In this document: piece by piece, positions 1-13,180 of the stretch
Numbering within the stretch: the first letter of the stretch is position 1
Layout of the letters: the number at the start of each line of letters is the position of its first letter
Origin: Chiloscyllium plagiosum
Taxonomy: Eukaryota
Length of the DNA stretch: 64,000 nucleotides
Direction of reading: 5' to 3'
Assembly (NCBI RefSeq): GCF_004010195.1
Contig: NC_057743.1
Span: 18,699,759 to 18,763,758, forward strand
Notes under the pieces: model-generated
Told to the model about the DNA's origin: nothing
Seen by the model: only the letters and a program-made list of their open reading frames with translations
Databases searched by the model: none
Made by a program: the position numbers and the translations under genes

Positions 1-205
1 GCCTATCACCCTCACCTTGACCTCCTTCCACCTATCGCATTTCCAACGCCACTCCCCCAAGTCCCTCCTCCCTACCTTTTATCTTAGCCTGCTGGACACA
101 CTTTCCTTATTCCTGAAGAAGGTCTTATGCCCGAAACGTCGATTCTCCTGTTCCTTGGATACTGCCTGACCTGCTGCGCTTTTCCAGCAACACATTTTCA
201 GCTTC
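1..205 (+). mobile_element. 3' end of Penelope-like element with hammerhead-like motif (113-143)
   Basis: CTGAAGAAGGTCTTATGCCCGAAACGTCGA followed by CTGCCTGACCTGCTGCGCTTTTCCAGCA tail; same family as 28325-29224 and 53910-54250. Confidence 0.75.
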
Positions 206-469
206 ATTTTAATTGAGCCAAACAATGTCCATGTGCTCATCTCCTCCCATGATTTCTCTCATCTCACATAAGTAATCTAATCTAATCTAATATTTTGCTT
301 GGGGTTAAGTTGCATAAAAATTAGGAAATCAAATGTAAAAGAGAAGGTAGGATTGCAGGTTAATAATGTGGCTAATTGTAACCATAAAAGGAAGGGACAG
401 AATATGTAAACTTCATATTGCTGCAAGGAACCATAAAAATGTAGGTAAGTTTGATATTATAACAAACTT

Positions 470-1262
470 TAAAGACTTTGCATCTCAATGCGTGAAGCAT
501 TCAGAATAAGAGACAAACTGGTGCAAATCAAGATAAATGAATATGATCTATTTGTGGAAACACGATTACAAGAAGATCAAAACTGGAACTTGATATTCAG
601 TGATGTTTGATTTTTCAGAAAGATCAGAGGGATGGGAATGGTGGTGGCATAGTGCTGGTATTAAAAGTGGAAATGAGGATGGTTGTGAGAGACAATTCAG
701 GCTCAAATGATGTCGAGTCCATTTGGGCAAAGGTAAAAACAAAAACAGCAAGAGATGGAAGATATTGGTAGGACTAGTGTACATACCCCAAAACAGTAAC
801 CACTCTGTAGAGAAGGTGATAAATCAAATAGTAGCATGTAAAAAGAACAGGGCAATAATTATGATTGATTTTAATCATCTTGTTAATTTCGTTAATCAAA
901 TTGGAAAGGTTAGCTACAATAACAAATTCATTGAGTGCATTGGGAATAGTTTCCTACAGCAATATCTCTGGAGCCAAACTAGAGAGCAGGCTATCTTGGA
1001 TCTAGTAATGAGTAATGAGGTGGGTTTAATAAAAGACCCGAGTAAAAGATCCTCTAGCAACGAGTGAAGTTAACATGATTGAATTTAATATTCATTTTGA
1101 GAGTGTGGGTCACAAACAACTGTGTTTAACTTAAGGGAAATTACAATGAAATGAGAATAGGGTTAAAGTTAAAATGAGGATAGAGTTAGAAATAAAATGA
1201 ACTGCGTGGATAGATGAGCAGGAATGACAGTAAGCAAGCAGTGGTAGGCATTCACAGAAGTA
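470..1262 (+). mobile_element. Degenerate CR1/HER1 LINE, endonuclease region; continues at 4072-4755
   Basis: ORF 723..1067 with IIMxDFN and TREQAILDLV APE-like motifs; split by a Penelope insertion. Confidence 0.75.
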
Positions 1263-4071
1263 CGTCAGAATTCATGCACCAGGTTATAGTCCAACAAGTT
1301 TATTTAAAATCACAAGCTTTTTGAGTGCTGCTACTTTTAAGGTTCTTTTAAGAACCACAAAAAATAAAAGGAAAGTTTAAAAAAAACAAATCAAGAGAGC
1401 AGTTTTTAGAACACACAACACATTAGCTCAACGTTGAAGTGAAGGGAAGCACACAGGCACAGAAGTTATCGGCACAGATTGTGCAAATGGAATTAGATTA
1501 GATTACTTGGATCAGATTACTTACAGTGTGGAAACAGGCCCTTCGGCCCAACAAGTCCACACCGACCCGCCACCCCCCATTCCCCTACATTTACCCCTTT
1601 ACCTAACACTACAGGCAATTTAGCATTGCCAATTCACCTGACCTGCACATTTTTGGACTGTGGGAGGAAACCGGAGCACCCGGAGGAAACCCACGCAGAC
1701 ACGGGGAGAATGTGCAAACTCCACACAGTCAGTTGCCTGAGTCGGGAATTGAACCCGGGTCTCTAGCGCTGTGAGGCAGCAGTGCTAACCACTGTGCCAC
1801 CCACAAACAGTCAACAGTCTAACTAATAAGTCTTTGCAGTTGATCAAAAGTGTCAGACAGTGTGAATACAGTGTCAACAGCTGAATAGCAAGTGAAGGGA
1901 TGACATGATCCGATTAATTGAGGCAGAGAGACAACTACAAAAAATTAAGAATAACATGATGGTGGAGACGAACCAAATGGCTGGAATAACTTGATAGGTA
2001 TAAGAGTTGCATGCCAAGAGTCTAACCAAAGTAACAAGTAATCAAAAACTCTACAAACTAATTACGGTAGAGAGATCATAAATTATCAAGGTGATGGTGT
2101 TAAAACAGAACTGTAAGGAAGATTTTACAAATATAGAACAGTATGGTGAGGTTACAGAAAGCATCGCATGAATCCAAGATCACGGTTTAGGCCATCTCTG
2201 TGGGTATGGAACTTGGCTATCAGTTTCTGCTCAGCAATTCTGCATTGTGCATCTCAAAGGCTGCCTTGCATGATGCTTACCTGAAGATCAGAAGATGAAT
2301 GCTCTTGACCGCTAAAGTGTTCTCCGGCAGGAAGGGAACATTCCTGTTTGGTGATTGTTGCACAGTGTCCATTCACCTGTTGTCGTAGCGTCTTGCCAAT
2401 ATACCATGCCTTGGGACAACCTTACCTGCAGCGTATGAGGTAGACAACACTGGCCAAGTCACGTGAGTACCTGTTGTGCACGTGGTGGGTGGTGTTCCCA
2501 CATGTGATGGTAGTACCTATGTCAATGATCTGGCATGTTTTGCAGAGGTTGCCGTGGCTGGGTTGTGCGTTATTGTGGTTGATGTTGTCCTCAAGGCTGG
2601 GTAGTTTGCTGCGAATGATGGTTTGTTTAAGGTTTGGCAATTATTTGAAGGGAGAAGTGAAGTTGTAGGGATGACATTGGCAAGATGTTCGTCATCAATG
2701 ACATGCTGAAGGCCGTGAAGAACATGTTGTCATTTCTCCGCTCAGAGGAAGTACTGGATGATGAAGGGTGCTCTATTGGTCATGTCCTGTGTCTGTCTTC
2801 TGAGGAGGTTGTAGCGGTTTCTGATTGTGGCATGCTGGAACTGGCGATCCTTTGAGTTGAGGATCGTATCCTGTTCTGATGAGGACATCTTTCAGCACTC
2901 CCCCTCATCTGAGCAGATCTTGTGTATGTACAAGGCTTGAACATAGGGGATGGCTTCTTTAACACGCTTAGAATGGAAGCTAGATATCGTGAGGTTATCC
3001 ATGGGCTAAAGGTAGAGTGAGGTACTGAGGTGACTGTCCATGATGGAGATGCATGTGTCCAAGAATGAGACTAATTCTGAAAAGTAACCCATGGAATTCT
3101 GACGGTGGGATGAAACTTGTTAATATACTGTGTAGTCGTTTCAGTGATTCCTTGCCATGAGTCTGAAGGAAGAAAATGTCTTCAATGTAACTGCTTTATA
3201 GCACTGACTTGAAGTCCGCGCAGCAAAGAAGATTTGCTTGAACGTGTGCATGAAAATGTTGGCATATTTGGGTGCAAATTTGGTCCCTATTGCTGTTCTG
3301 TATGTCTGGATGAAGAACTGGTTATCAAAGGTGAAGACATTGTGATCGAGGATGAAGCAACTGAGTTATAGGATGGCGCCTGAAATTTGGCATTTATTGA
3401 TTTTGAGTACTGAGGCTGTCGCAATGAAGCTATCATCATGGGGTTGCTGGTGTAGAGTGCCGAAACGCCCATTGTGATGAGGAATGTTCCTGGTTCGACA
3501 AGTCTGTGGGTGCTGAGTTTCTGTAAGATATCTGTAGCATTGTGACAAAAACTGGGGGTTCCTTGTACAATGGGTTTCAAGATGCCTTTGACAAAGCTGG
3601 AGAGGTTCTGATACAAGGTTCCATTCCCTGATAGGTGGGACATCTGGATCTATCGCTTTGTGTATCTTCGGAAGGCAGTAGAGTCTCCTGTGCAAGAAAT
3701 ACATGGGATGAGAGGGCATAGGTCACTCTGAAGGTCTGGACCGAAGGTCTGGATCAAAGGTCTTGATCAGTCTGTTAAGTTAATGAGTGTGTTCTTTGGT
3801 CGGATCAGCAAGTAGTTGTCTATAGTGTTCCTGGTTGTTCAGTTGTTGGTACGCTTTTGCAGTAGTCCATTCTAGTTTGTAGTATGGTTCATGTCAAACA
3901 TGTAGCCCAACCATTTTGTTCTGTATTGTAAAATCTTCCTTCCTGTTCTGTTTTGACACAGTCACCTTTGGTTAGTTGTGATCTCAAATGATTTCAAATA
4001 AACCTGTTGGACTATAACCTGATGTTGTGTTATTTCTGACTTATCCACCCAGTCCAATACCGACACCTCCA
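1263..4071 (-). mobile_element. Degenerate Penelope-like retroelement (RT + GIY-YIG remnants) with inverted 5' segment and 14-bp TSD
   Basis: YCLPKIHK, TMGVSALYTS and VVYLIRC motifs in broken ORFs; TSD CATTCACAGAAGTA at 1249-1262 and 4072-4085; 3900-4071 inverts sequence at ~2070-2150 and ~1277-1310. Confidence 0.85.
1492..1801 (-). mobile_element. HE1-type V-SINE (tRNA-derived) nested in the Penelope element
   Basis: A box TGGCACAGTGG and B box GGTTCAATTCC on minus strand, V-domain GGGTTTCCTCCGGGTGCTCCGGTTTCCTCCCACAGTCC, CR1-like tail with AATCT repeats. Confidence 0.9.
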
Positions 4072-4806
4072 CATTCACAGAAGTAATTCATGACTCTCAG
4101 CAAAAATACATCCCAGTAATGGGTAATTTTCAGAGAGGGATAAGCAAATTATGGCTAGTTGAGGAAGTTAAGGAGAATTTTAAATTGAAAATAAAAGCAG
4201 ATAAGGAAGTAAAAATCAGTGATATCCCTGAAGACATCTGGAGCACTGAGAGCAGTTTGGGTCCCCATTATTTAAGAAAAAATGTCATTTCATCGGATAT
4301 AGTTCCGCTATAAGGTTCACTTGGATGATCCCTGGTCTGGAGGAATTGTCTTATGAGCAACGATTAAACAACATGGGACTCTACTCACTAGAATTTAGAA
4401 GAATGAGAAGTGGTCTCATTCAAATGTAGAGGATTCTTAAAGGGCGTGACGGTAAATCTCACAGGATATTTTCCTCATTGGAGAGTCTAGGACCAAAGGG
4501 CATGAATTTAAGATTGAGCTGACGCATTTCTTCTGAGGGTTGAAAGTCTTTGGAACTCCTTGCCACAGAGAGCTGTTGGGGCAGATTCCTTATGTATATT
4601 TAAGGCTGAGATAGATTTGTGAGCAGGAGGGGAATCTGGAGTTATGGAGAAAGAGCAGGGAAGTGGACATGAGTGTTGGATTAGTCATGATCCTATTGAA
4701 TGACAGAGAAGGCTGGAGGGCCAAATGGCCTACTCCTTACTATTTCTTTTGTATTATTATAAATCAATTACATGAACCAACTGTTGCAACAGATGAAATT
4801 AACTGA

Positions 4807-5217
4807 GTGCCAGCTGTGGCTTAGTTGTTAGCAAGGTGAAATATGTGGATCTGGACTCGAATCCCATTCCAGGAGGGAGTGTACTGAGGGTGTGCTGCTT
4901 TGACAGCGATGCTGTCTTTTAGATTATATAGTTTCCATCTGCCCGCTCAGCTAGATGTGAAAGGTTCCATGGACTATTTCGGAAAACAGCAGATGATTCA
5001 TCCTTGGTTGTTAGTCCAGTATTTAATTCCTCAACCAACAACACAAAACGAAATTGTGGTCATTATCACATTGCTAGCTATGGGAGTTTGCCTTGTCTGT
5101 ATTGTCTGCTGCCTTTCCGATATTACAATAGTAACTTCAAAAATAACTTTATTGGTTGTAAAATGCTTTCAGATGTGGTAGTTGTGAAAAGCATGATATA
5201 AACTCAAATTTTCTTCA
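4807..5217 (+). mobile_element. SacSINE1/DeuSINE-like SINE
   Basis: tRNA-like head GCTGTGGCTTAGTTG, central GATGTGAAAGGTTCCATGGACTATTT...GGTCATTATCACATTGCT segment; related copies at ~20775-21000 (+), ~21460-21850 (-), ~52930-53130. Confidence 0.6.
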
Positions 5218-5448
5218 TTTTTTTAACTATACTGTATCAGTTCAACCTTTGGGCTTCACACTGATTTATTCTGGTACTGCCCCCAATAATTATTTTAAAC
5301 CACTGAGCCATCAGGGGAATCTTGAACTTTGTTTCGAGCAGAAGGTGTGCAATCAGTGCTGTTGGATAATGAGTGAGAATTGTGTTCCATAGTGCAATCT
5401 TTACCATGCCGGGAGATGTACTGGACCTAGAAGGTGAAGGATCGAGAA

Positions 5449-5772
5449 GGCAGCATGGTAGCACAGTGGTTATCACTGCTGCCTCTCAGGGCCAGGAACC
5501 CAAGTTTGATTCCAGCCTTGGGCGACTGTGCAAACACCACACAGACCTTCTCCCCGCATCTTATGGATTTCTGCTGGGTGCTCTGGTTTCCTCCCACAGT
5601 CTGAAGATGTGCAGGTTAGGTGGATTTGTCATGCTACATTATTCTGCATTGTCCAGGGATATACAGGCTAGGAGGATTAGCCATGGTAAATGTGAGATTA
5701 CAGGATAGGTTGGGGGACTGGATGTGGGTGAGATGCTCTTAGAAGGGTCGGTGCTGACTCGATGGGCTGAAT
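5449..5772 (+). mobile_element. HE1-type V-SINE, diverged
   Basis: GGCAGCATGGTAGCACAGTGGTT head; GGGTGCTCTGGTTTCCTCCCACAGTC V-domain. Confidence 0.8.
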
Positions 5773-6377
5773 AGAGATTTGATGAATTTGAAGTAGTAAA
5801 TATAATTTGCTTCCTGCCCTGTGTGGGATATAATTAATAGGTAATGGAAATCATTCCCCAAAGTAGAAATCCTTTTCCAAAGGTGCTAACTTATCTCAAA
5901 GCACCTTACTGCAACTTACTTATCTATTGCTTATCTGACAATACAACACCTCTTAGCCGATATGGACAGTTCTTCTCATGATCATTGGCAAAAATGTCAC
6001 TTTGTTGTCAATTGCCCCTACTGGCAAATTGCACAGGTTGATGTTGGACACCTTAGTTAATTTTTATGTTCATAGTTCAGTTTGCTAAATTGATGTAGGA
6101 CTTAAGATTCCACATTTGCCTGACTTGGTACTATAACCGATGAAGCAGTCATTCAATAAGCCTTTGCCCTTTCTGGTACTATCATAATGCAACAGGACCT
6201 TTTATCTCTTCACTTGTGACCTTCTATAAAGTTTCATTGCTTATCAATTTGGCAAAAGCTTGATCCTCGTCTTTAGCAACTTAACAATAATAGAAGTGCA
6301 AAAAATCATATTTGGATCAAGTTTAATCTGTCCATGTGTTCAGGTTATGTCTTCTGATAGGGTAATGTAAATCCTAC

Positions 6378-6523
6378 CTTTTTGAAATCCAAGAAAAGGA
6401 AATAAAGCATAGCCAGGGTCTCAGCAATCTTTCCAATTTTGCCTTGTTTTGGAAGGTACTCTTGGTTCCGCAGGTCAAAAATTGCATGCAGAACTTGAAC
6501 TGCTTCTGCTTCCTGGGCATCAT
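6378..6523 (-). CDS. ZMYND12: ZMYND12 coding exon 7 (DDAQEAEAVQVLHAIFDLR...LAMLYFLFLDFKK)
   Basis: Inside ORF 6345..6536; AQEAEA motif as in human; AAG acceptor, GTAGG donor, 146 nt. Confidence 0.88.
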
Positions 6524-7814
6524 CTTCAGGAGACACAACGTGATTGTATTTAGAAATAGAATCTCACTCAGGTATTGTTCACTCAGCTTGTGTAACCATA
6601 TAACCCAAAAGGAGATGACATCCTCATAAGAGAGAGAAAATATAAAAGTTACAGAAATAAGTTGCGCAACTCCCATAGCTGATTAAATTAGCAATGGCCT
6701 GGGAGGACATCATTTGCATTTATCTTTCAGCCATGTTAAACCTTGTGATGCAAGCAACTATATACCTGAGGTTGAAACACATATTTTTCCACTTTTGTCC
6801 TGCTCTCATTAGCTGCAGATATAGTGACATATGAAATGTTGCAGTTATAGTGTTTGTATCATTCATTGCCATTTCTATGGATGCCTGATTACATGAAGTC
6901 CATTTTATTCACCCATTCATCAATTTGAGTCATTAAGGAAAGGTCTACTGATAGCTTCTTTTGTAAAGACAATTTATATCTGAACCATTTGGATTGGATG
7001 GTTCAAAGGTTGATTTTTAATTTGTGCAATTAAAAGTTCTACAATCTGTACCGAGTCCACCAAAGGTCAGTCAGGATTCCCAGCTCTGCTTATTATGTGG
7101 TGACTCCTGCTGGAAATTTGTTTGAGCTAATGTTGCAGCATTTTATGTTGAACCAAGATATAATTAAAATACTGTCCACATCCCCCTAGTTACAAATCAG
7201 TACTCTCCTCTTACACAGTCTAAACACGTTGCTGTCTTTTATATTGGTAGTCTTGTGAATTGCCTTGATGTAAGCAAGACGAAAACCTTTGACAATATTT
7301 TTAAGCAATACTCAAATAATCTCCATGCAAGCAGCAAAGACCAAGAGGAGTTTTTTTTTTCTTAAATTAGTGTTTTAACTAGCACCTTATGAACTGGCAC
7401 TCTTGATAAACTGGCAAAAATTATATGTCTAAAATACTGGAAGTTTACTGTATTATCGCAGTGTCCGAATAGTCAGTTGAGGGTGAGAGTGAGAAGGCTC
7501 TCTGCAGGTAGGTTTCTTTATTAATTTAAGGCAAAATTCAATTATTATTTAAGGGATAAGTAATTGTATGTGTAAATATTCCACTAGGCCAAACATTCTC
7601 CATTTTACATATTAAGTAATGAGATGTTTTCTATATTAATTTGATAGAATGGTTGATGTGAGAGTGATAAGGAAATATCAATTTTAAATAGTCACAGTGT
7701 CAAAGAAATCAGATAAGGATCTTTATGTAGAATGGCTATGCTACAGACAGAAGTTGATGCAGTGTGTAGATAACATTTGAAATAGTGAATCAGATCTGTA
7801 TTGCTGTTGCAAAG

Positions 7815-8600
7815 ACCAATGGATACCAGGTATTTATTCATCTCCTCTGCTGTTTCCTGGTTCCCAGTATTATTTCTCCAGCCTCATCCCCAAGGGGCCA
7901 ATGTTCACTTTGGCTTCTCGCTTCCTTTTTATATATTTAAAGAAGCTCTTGCTTTTCACATTGATATTACTTGTAAGTTTATCATCATTTGTTTTCTCAC
8001 TATTTTATTGGTTTTGAAAACTTTCCCAATCCTTTTGATTTCCCATTAATTTTTAATGCCACATCAAATGTTTCTTTTGGTCTGATAATATCCTTAAATG
8101 CTTGATAACTCTTGTGTTCTTCTTCTTCACTGGAATATGTCTTTGCTATGAACAACGAACAATTTTCTTAAATGTCTGCCACTGTTCCTCAACTGTCTTT
8201 GCTGCTAAACTCCGTCCTTAGTCTACACCAGCCGGCTCTTATTTAAGCTTAACACGGTTGTTCCCAAATCATGTTTCTCCCTCTCAAATTGTGATAAACT
8301 CTACCATGTTATGGTGCCTGCTTCCAAGGGGATTTTTTACTCTGGCATTATTTATTAAATCTGTCTCACTGCACATCACCAGACGAAAAAATAGCCTGAT
8401 CTTTGGTTAGATCCACAATATATTGGTTCTAGGAAACTGTCTTTAATACACTCTATTAATCCTTTCTCACAGCTTCCTTTGCCAATCTGATTATCCCAAT
8501 CTACGTGAAGATTAAAGTCACCCATGACTGATATACTGACTCTGTTACATGTACTTTTATCTCCTGATTTATTCTTTCTCACTGTACAGCTACTATCAGG
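7815..8600 (-). mobile_element. Degenerate CR1 LINE fragment
   Basis: VMGDFNLHVDW in ORF 8376..8582. Confidence 0.7.
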
Positions 8601-8744
8601 GGATCTATTGACAGAAAACCAGTGTTTTCTGTCCTTTAATATTTTTTACCTCTTCCCGTATGGATTATATCTTTATCTAAACATGTACTGGCACTGGGAG
8701 CAGTCCCAGAGGAAGTTCATTAGGTTGGCTCCAGAGCAGTAGTT

Positions 8745-9600
8745 TCCCAACGGGCACTAGCAAAGAAGCGAAGATTAGCTATTTCCTTTTTACGGACAGG
8801 AGACAAACTATTTTATTTAATGGCTTGCAGTGCTGAAGAAGATAGCAGAAATCCAGATTTTTTTTAAGGATTCAGCATAGAACTGCAGCCAAGATCAAGT
8901 AATCAGATCTACCATATCAATTTAAAGTCAGGAGTTAGGCAAGCCTTTAGACAACTTTGTAACGACACTGAAAAATATAGCCAGAAAATATTAAGTTTAG
9001 AGATACAAATACAAGGCTAATAATCAACTAATTTGGGATTCTGCACACCCTAAACTATAAAAATTCAAAGAGGAAAGGTCAAGCTCTCAATATCGCAAAC
9101 TCTTGACATTGCCAGAGCATATGAAGCCATGAAGCAGTTGAAAACACTGACTGCACAACAGCTAGGTTTCAACTAAACCAAATAATGGAGGAAGAACTTC
9201 TCCAGAAGCTGCATGAAGACCACATGGGAATGGAGAAATATATACGTGGATCCACATCAGCTGTGTACTGTATGGGTACCTACAAAGACATTGAGAAGTG
9301 TCTACATGCAACGTTTTCCAGAAGTACAGAAACCCACAGCAGGAAGAGGTAATGATAGCTACTGAAGTACCACCCAGACCACAGTTAATGACTAAAACCG
9401 TTATAGTGCTTACATTTTAAAGAATTGGGGATATTATGTATTGTTACATTGTTTGTTTGTAAAGAGCTAGGAACTAATTAGGAAGTAATTGTATGTGTAA
9501 ATATTCCACTAGGCCAAACATTCTCCATTAGATAATCAAGTCATCTGACCAGGCAAGCATGACAGTTGTATTAAAGAAAAATAGCTCTCATCTATCCAAG
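8745..9600 (+). mobile_element. Possible highly degenerate LTR-retrotransposon (gag-like) remnant
   Basis: Broken gag-like patches (LIWD/LIFG-like; LDIARAYEA at ~9100-9130); weak. Confidence 0.35.
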
Positions 9601-10257
9601 TTTAAAGTGTGATTATTTGAACATCTGGGCACCAGAAGACAAGAGAACACGAAGTATGTATGTTTGTTGGCCACTGAATGTATAATTAATGTATGACGAT
9701 ATTGCTTGGCCAAATATGGGCATCAGAATCTTTATATCCTTGTCTTCTACGATTTTAAAAAACACATTTGATTTTTTTTTGTTTTCTATTCCTGCTTTGA
9801 AACCACACCACACCGCAAGAAACATCTGTCTATGAACACCTGCCCAATAATCAACATTCTTCTCGGCTATCCTACACTTCTCAGCCTTTATCTCTGCACA
9901 TCCAGTTTATGACATACTCTAAATTAACTCTATTGCTATAACCCTATGTATAGGCTGCCATCTATTCTACTTATTGATCATTAGAACTTGTTTGTTATAC
10001 TAAAATTTCAGAAACTTCTCTGGCCATCCTACACTTTATTGGTTGAACTAGCAAGTCAATAATTATTTCAAACAGGTAATTTTACATGAAGAGAATTTGA
10101 AACAAATTTAAAATACTCCAGAATTTGACTACCCTTATTGGAGGAATTGCCCTAAAGTGTATCTGGCAATGTGGCTGGATTTACTTCCTGTCAATATCAT
10201 AATTTGTGAAAATACCATTCTTTATGGAAACAACTAAGTAAGTTGTATAATACAGAC

Positions 10258-10384
10258 CGAAAACATCCTCTAAGTCCACGATAGTGGTGCCAGGTTCTGG
10301 CGAACTGAGGCCTGCTTTCCACAGTGTTTTCTGTATCTCTGTCTCAACAAGCTCACCCAGGAAAGTATTCCAGATATTGGTTAC
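10258..10384 (-). CDS. ZMYND12: ZMYND12 coding exon 6 (VTNIWNTFLGELVETEIQK...EDVF)
   Basis: VxxIWxxxL start parallels human VSEIWHAYL; CAG acceptor; GTCTGT donor gives phase 1 matching exon 7 (donor less certain). Confidence 0.75.
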
Positions 10385-11961
10385 CTGTATTTAAAATATG
10401 AATCATAAATGTCTTTTGCATTTAAACAACTGACATATAATTACTTTTCTTGTTCAGAGAGATTTAAAAAAGACATTAGACAAAGTTTTTTTTTCCACAG
10501 TGGCTGGCTTGCATGTGGAATGAACTTCCTGAGGAAGTGATGGATGCAGGGATAGCTACGATACTTAAAAGACGTTTGGACAGGTACACAAATAGGAAAG
10601 TTTTGGAGGGATATGGATCAGAAGCAGGCAGGTGGAGCTAGTTTAGTTTGTGATTACGTTCAGCGTGGACTGATTGGACAGAAGGGTCTGTTTCCATATT
10701 GTATGACCCTGACTCTGTAATTGGTGTACTCAGCTCAATGAGTCACAATAAAAATGGTTGTCAAAAAGGATTGAAAGGCCAGTTATCTTAACCTCATCAG
10801 TAGGCAACATGCTATAATATTATTCAAGAGATAGACACTTACTAAAAACATTATGATTAAGAAATTAAGTCATGACACAAGCTGTGTGATGACAAATCTG
10901 GAGTCTTTTGAGTATATAATGTAAAAAGGAATTGATTAGTGGTGTGTTCTTGAAATTTTACTAGACTTTTTGATAAGTTGCCACTGTTGGTTCCACAAAA
11001 TTAGGGCTTTTAGGACTGGGGATAATGTTAGTTGGAGGATTTTTGAATGGATAGAAAATTGTGTGTAGGAATAAATAAGACATTTTCAAATTGGTAGGTT
11101 GTAATCAGAGGGTTACTAAAAGAATCTTGGTAATTGGGCTCAATTGTGTACAATCTATATTAATAACTTAGATGAAGGGCACTGAGTGTAATATGTTCAA
11201 AAGTAAAATATTGCAGATGTTATAAATCTAAAATTAAAAAGTTGAACTGGTCAGCAGGTTTGGCAGCACCTGGAAGAGACTGAAACATTATCACTGAGCT
11301 GGCTTATTAACTTTGGCAGAATCTGTGCTGAGAGAGAGAGAGAAACAGAAGTCCTGATATTCACAGCATTTTCTGTCCTTGTAATGTATTCAGATTTGCT
11401 AATAAAAGCAAAACTAGGAGGATAAGTAAGTACTGAGGAGGATAAAATGAGACTAAAAAGACGTAGGAGGCTTACAAAATAGTAAAAGGTGGTAAAAAGA
11501 GTGGAGCAGATTAGGGATCTAAAAAGGAATTCGCACATTGAGCATGGCTAAAGTATCAAATGAATACTTTGCATCTGTCCCTCTACCATTGTTATGGTGA
11601 AAGAGAAGCAAATTCAGTGTTAAAGGGCTTAAAATTGATATAAAGGAGGATTAAAAATTGGCTGAGTGATGGGAAACATGAGTAATCACTAACAGATGTT
11701 TTTAAGGTTTTGTAGTGGAGTTCCTCGAGGGTCAGTGTTGGAAACCTGGCTTTTCTGATGCAAATTAATTATCTATATCATAAGCTATAGGGCAAAATTT
11801 TAAAATTTGCAGATCATATGAAACTTAGAAGTATAAACTTGGGAAGATTGTGTAGAATTTCAAAAGGACATTGACAAGTTGGTGGAATGGGCGGATAGGT
11901 GGCAGGTGGAGATTAATGTGGGCATGTGTGAGGTGATACATTTTGGAAGATATTATGACCA

Positions 11962-13180
11962 GTCATAGAATCATAGAGATGTACAGCACGGAAACAGACC
12001 CTTCGGCCCAACCCGTCCATGCCGACCAGATATCCCAACCCAATCTGGTCTCACCTGCCAGCACCCAACCCATATCCCTCCAAACCCTTCCTATTCATAT
12101 ACCCATCCAAATGCCTCTTAAATGTTGCAATTGTACCAGCCTCCANNNNNNNNNNNNNNNNNNNNNNNNNNNNNNNNNNNNNNNNNNNNNNNNNNNNNNN
12201 NNNNNNNNNNNNNNNNNNNNNNNNNNNNNNNNNNNNNNNNNNNNNNNNNNNNNNNNNNNNNNNNNNNNNNNNNNNNNNNNNNNNNNNNNNNNNNNNNNNN
12301 NNNNNNNNNNNNNNNNNNNNNNNNNNNNNNNNNNNNNNNNNNNNNNNNNNNNNNNNNNNNNNNNNNNNNNNNNNNNNNNNNNNNNNNNNNNNNNNNNNNN
12401 NNNNNNNNNNNNNNNNNNNNNNNNNNNNNNNNNNNNNNNNNNNNNNNNNNNNNNNNNNNNNNNNNNNNNNNNNNNNNNNNNNNNNNNNNNNNNNNNNNNN
12501 NNNNNNNNNNNNNNNNNNNNNNNNNNNNNNNNNNNNNNNNNNNNNNNNNNNNNNNNNNNNNNNNNNNNNNNNNNNNNNNNNNNNNNNNNNNNNNNNNNNN
12601 NNNNNNNNNNNNNNNNNNNNNNNNNNNNNNNNNNCCATTGGCTCATCTGGTCCAGATCCTGTTGTAATCTGAGGTAACCTTCTTCGCTGTCCACTACACC
12701 TCCAATTTTGGTGTCATCTGCAAACTTACTAACTGTACCTCTTATGCTCGCATCCAAATCATTTATGTAAATGACAAAAAGTAGAGGACCCAGCACCGAT
12801 CCTTGTGGCACTCCACTGGTCACAGGCCTCCAGTCTGAAAAACAACCCTCCATCACCACCCTCTATCTTCTACCTTTGAGCCAGTTCCGTATCCAAATGG
12901 TTAGTTCTCCCTGTATTCCATGAGATCTAACCTTGCTAACCAGTCTCCCAAGGGGAACCTTGACGAACACCTTACTGAAGTCCATATAGATCACACCTAC
13001 TGCTCTGCCCTCATGAATCTTCTTTGTTAGTTCTTCAAAAACCACAATCAAGTTTATGAGACATGATTTCCCACACACAAAGCCATGTTGACTATCCCTA
13101 ATCAGCCCTTGCCTGTCCCTCAGGATTCCCTCCAACAACTTGCCCACCACTGAGGTCAGTCGCCAGGTGAGGTCCCCCAA
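11962..13180 (-). mobile_element. Young CR1/HER1 LINE 3' portion spanning an assembly gap, nested in older plus-strand CR1 fragments
   Basis: [21 protein letters not shown] and [12 protein letters not shown] motifs; CTATGATT-like tail repeats. Confidence 0.92.
12146..12634. other. Assembly gap (N run)
   Basis: Run of N. Confidence 1.

Noticed and set aside
1730-1801. tRNA-like A/B boxes here and at ~5450 and ~41445
   Set aside because: These are SINE heads followed by V-domain and LINE-derived tails, not tRNA genes
7255-7300. CTTGATGTAAGCAAGACGAAAACC, faintly hammerhead-like
   Set aside because: Core does not match CUGANGA and stems are not supported in this single copy
11943-12859. ORFs of 180-500 aa here and at 28776-30438
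   Set aside because: Length comes from N runs; the real parts are CR1 or Penelope fragments
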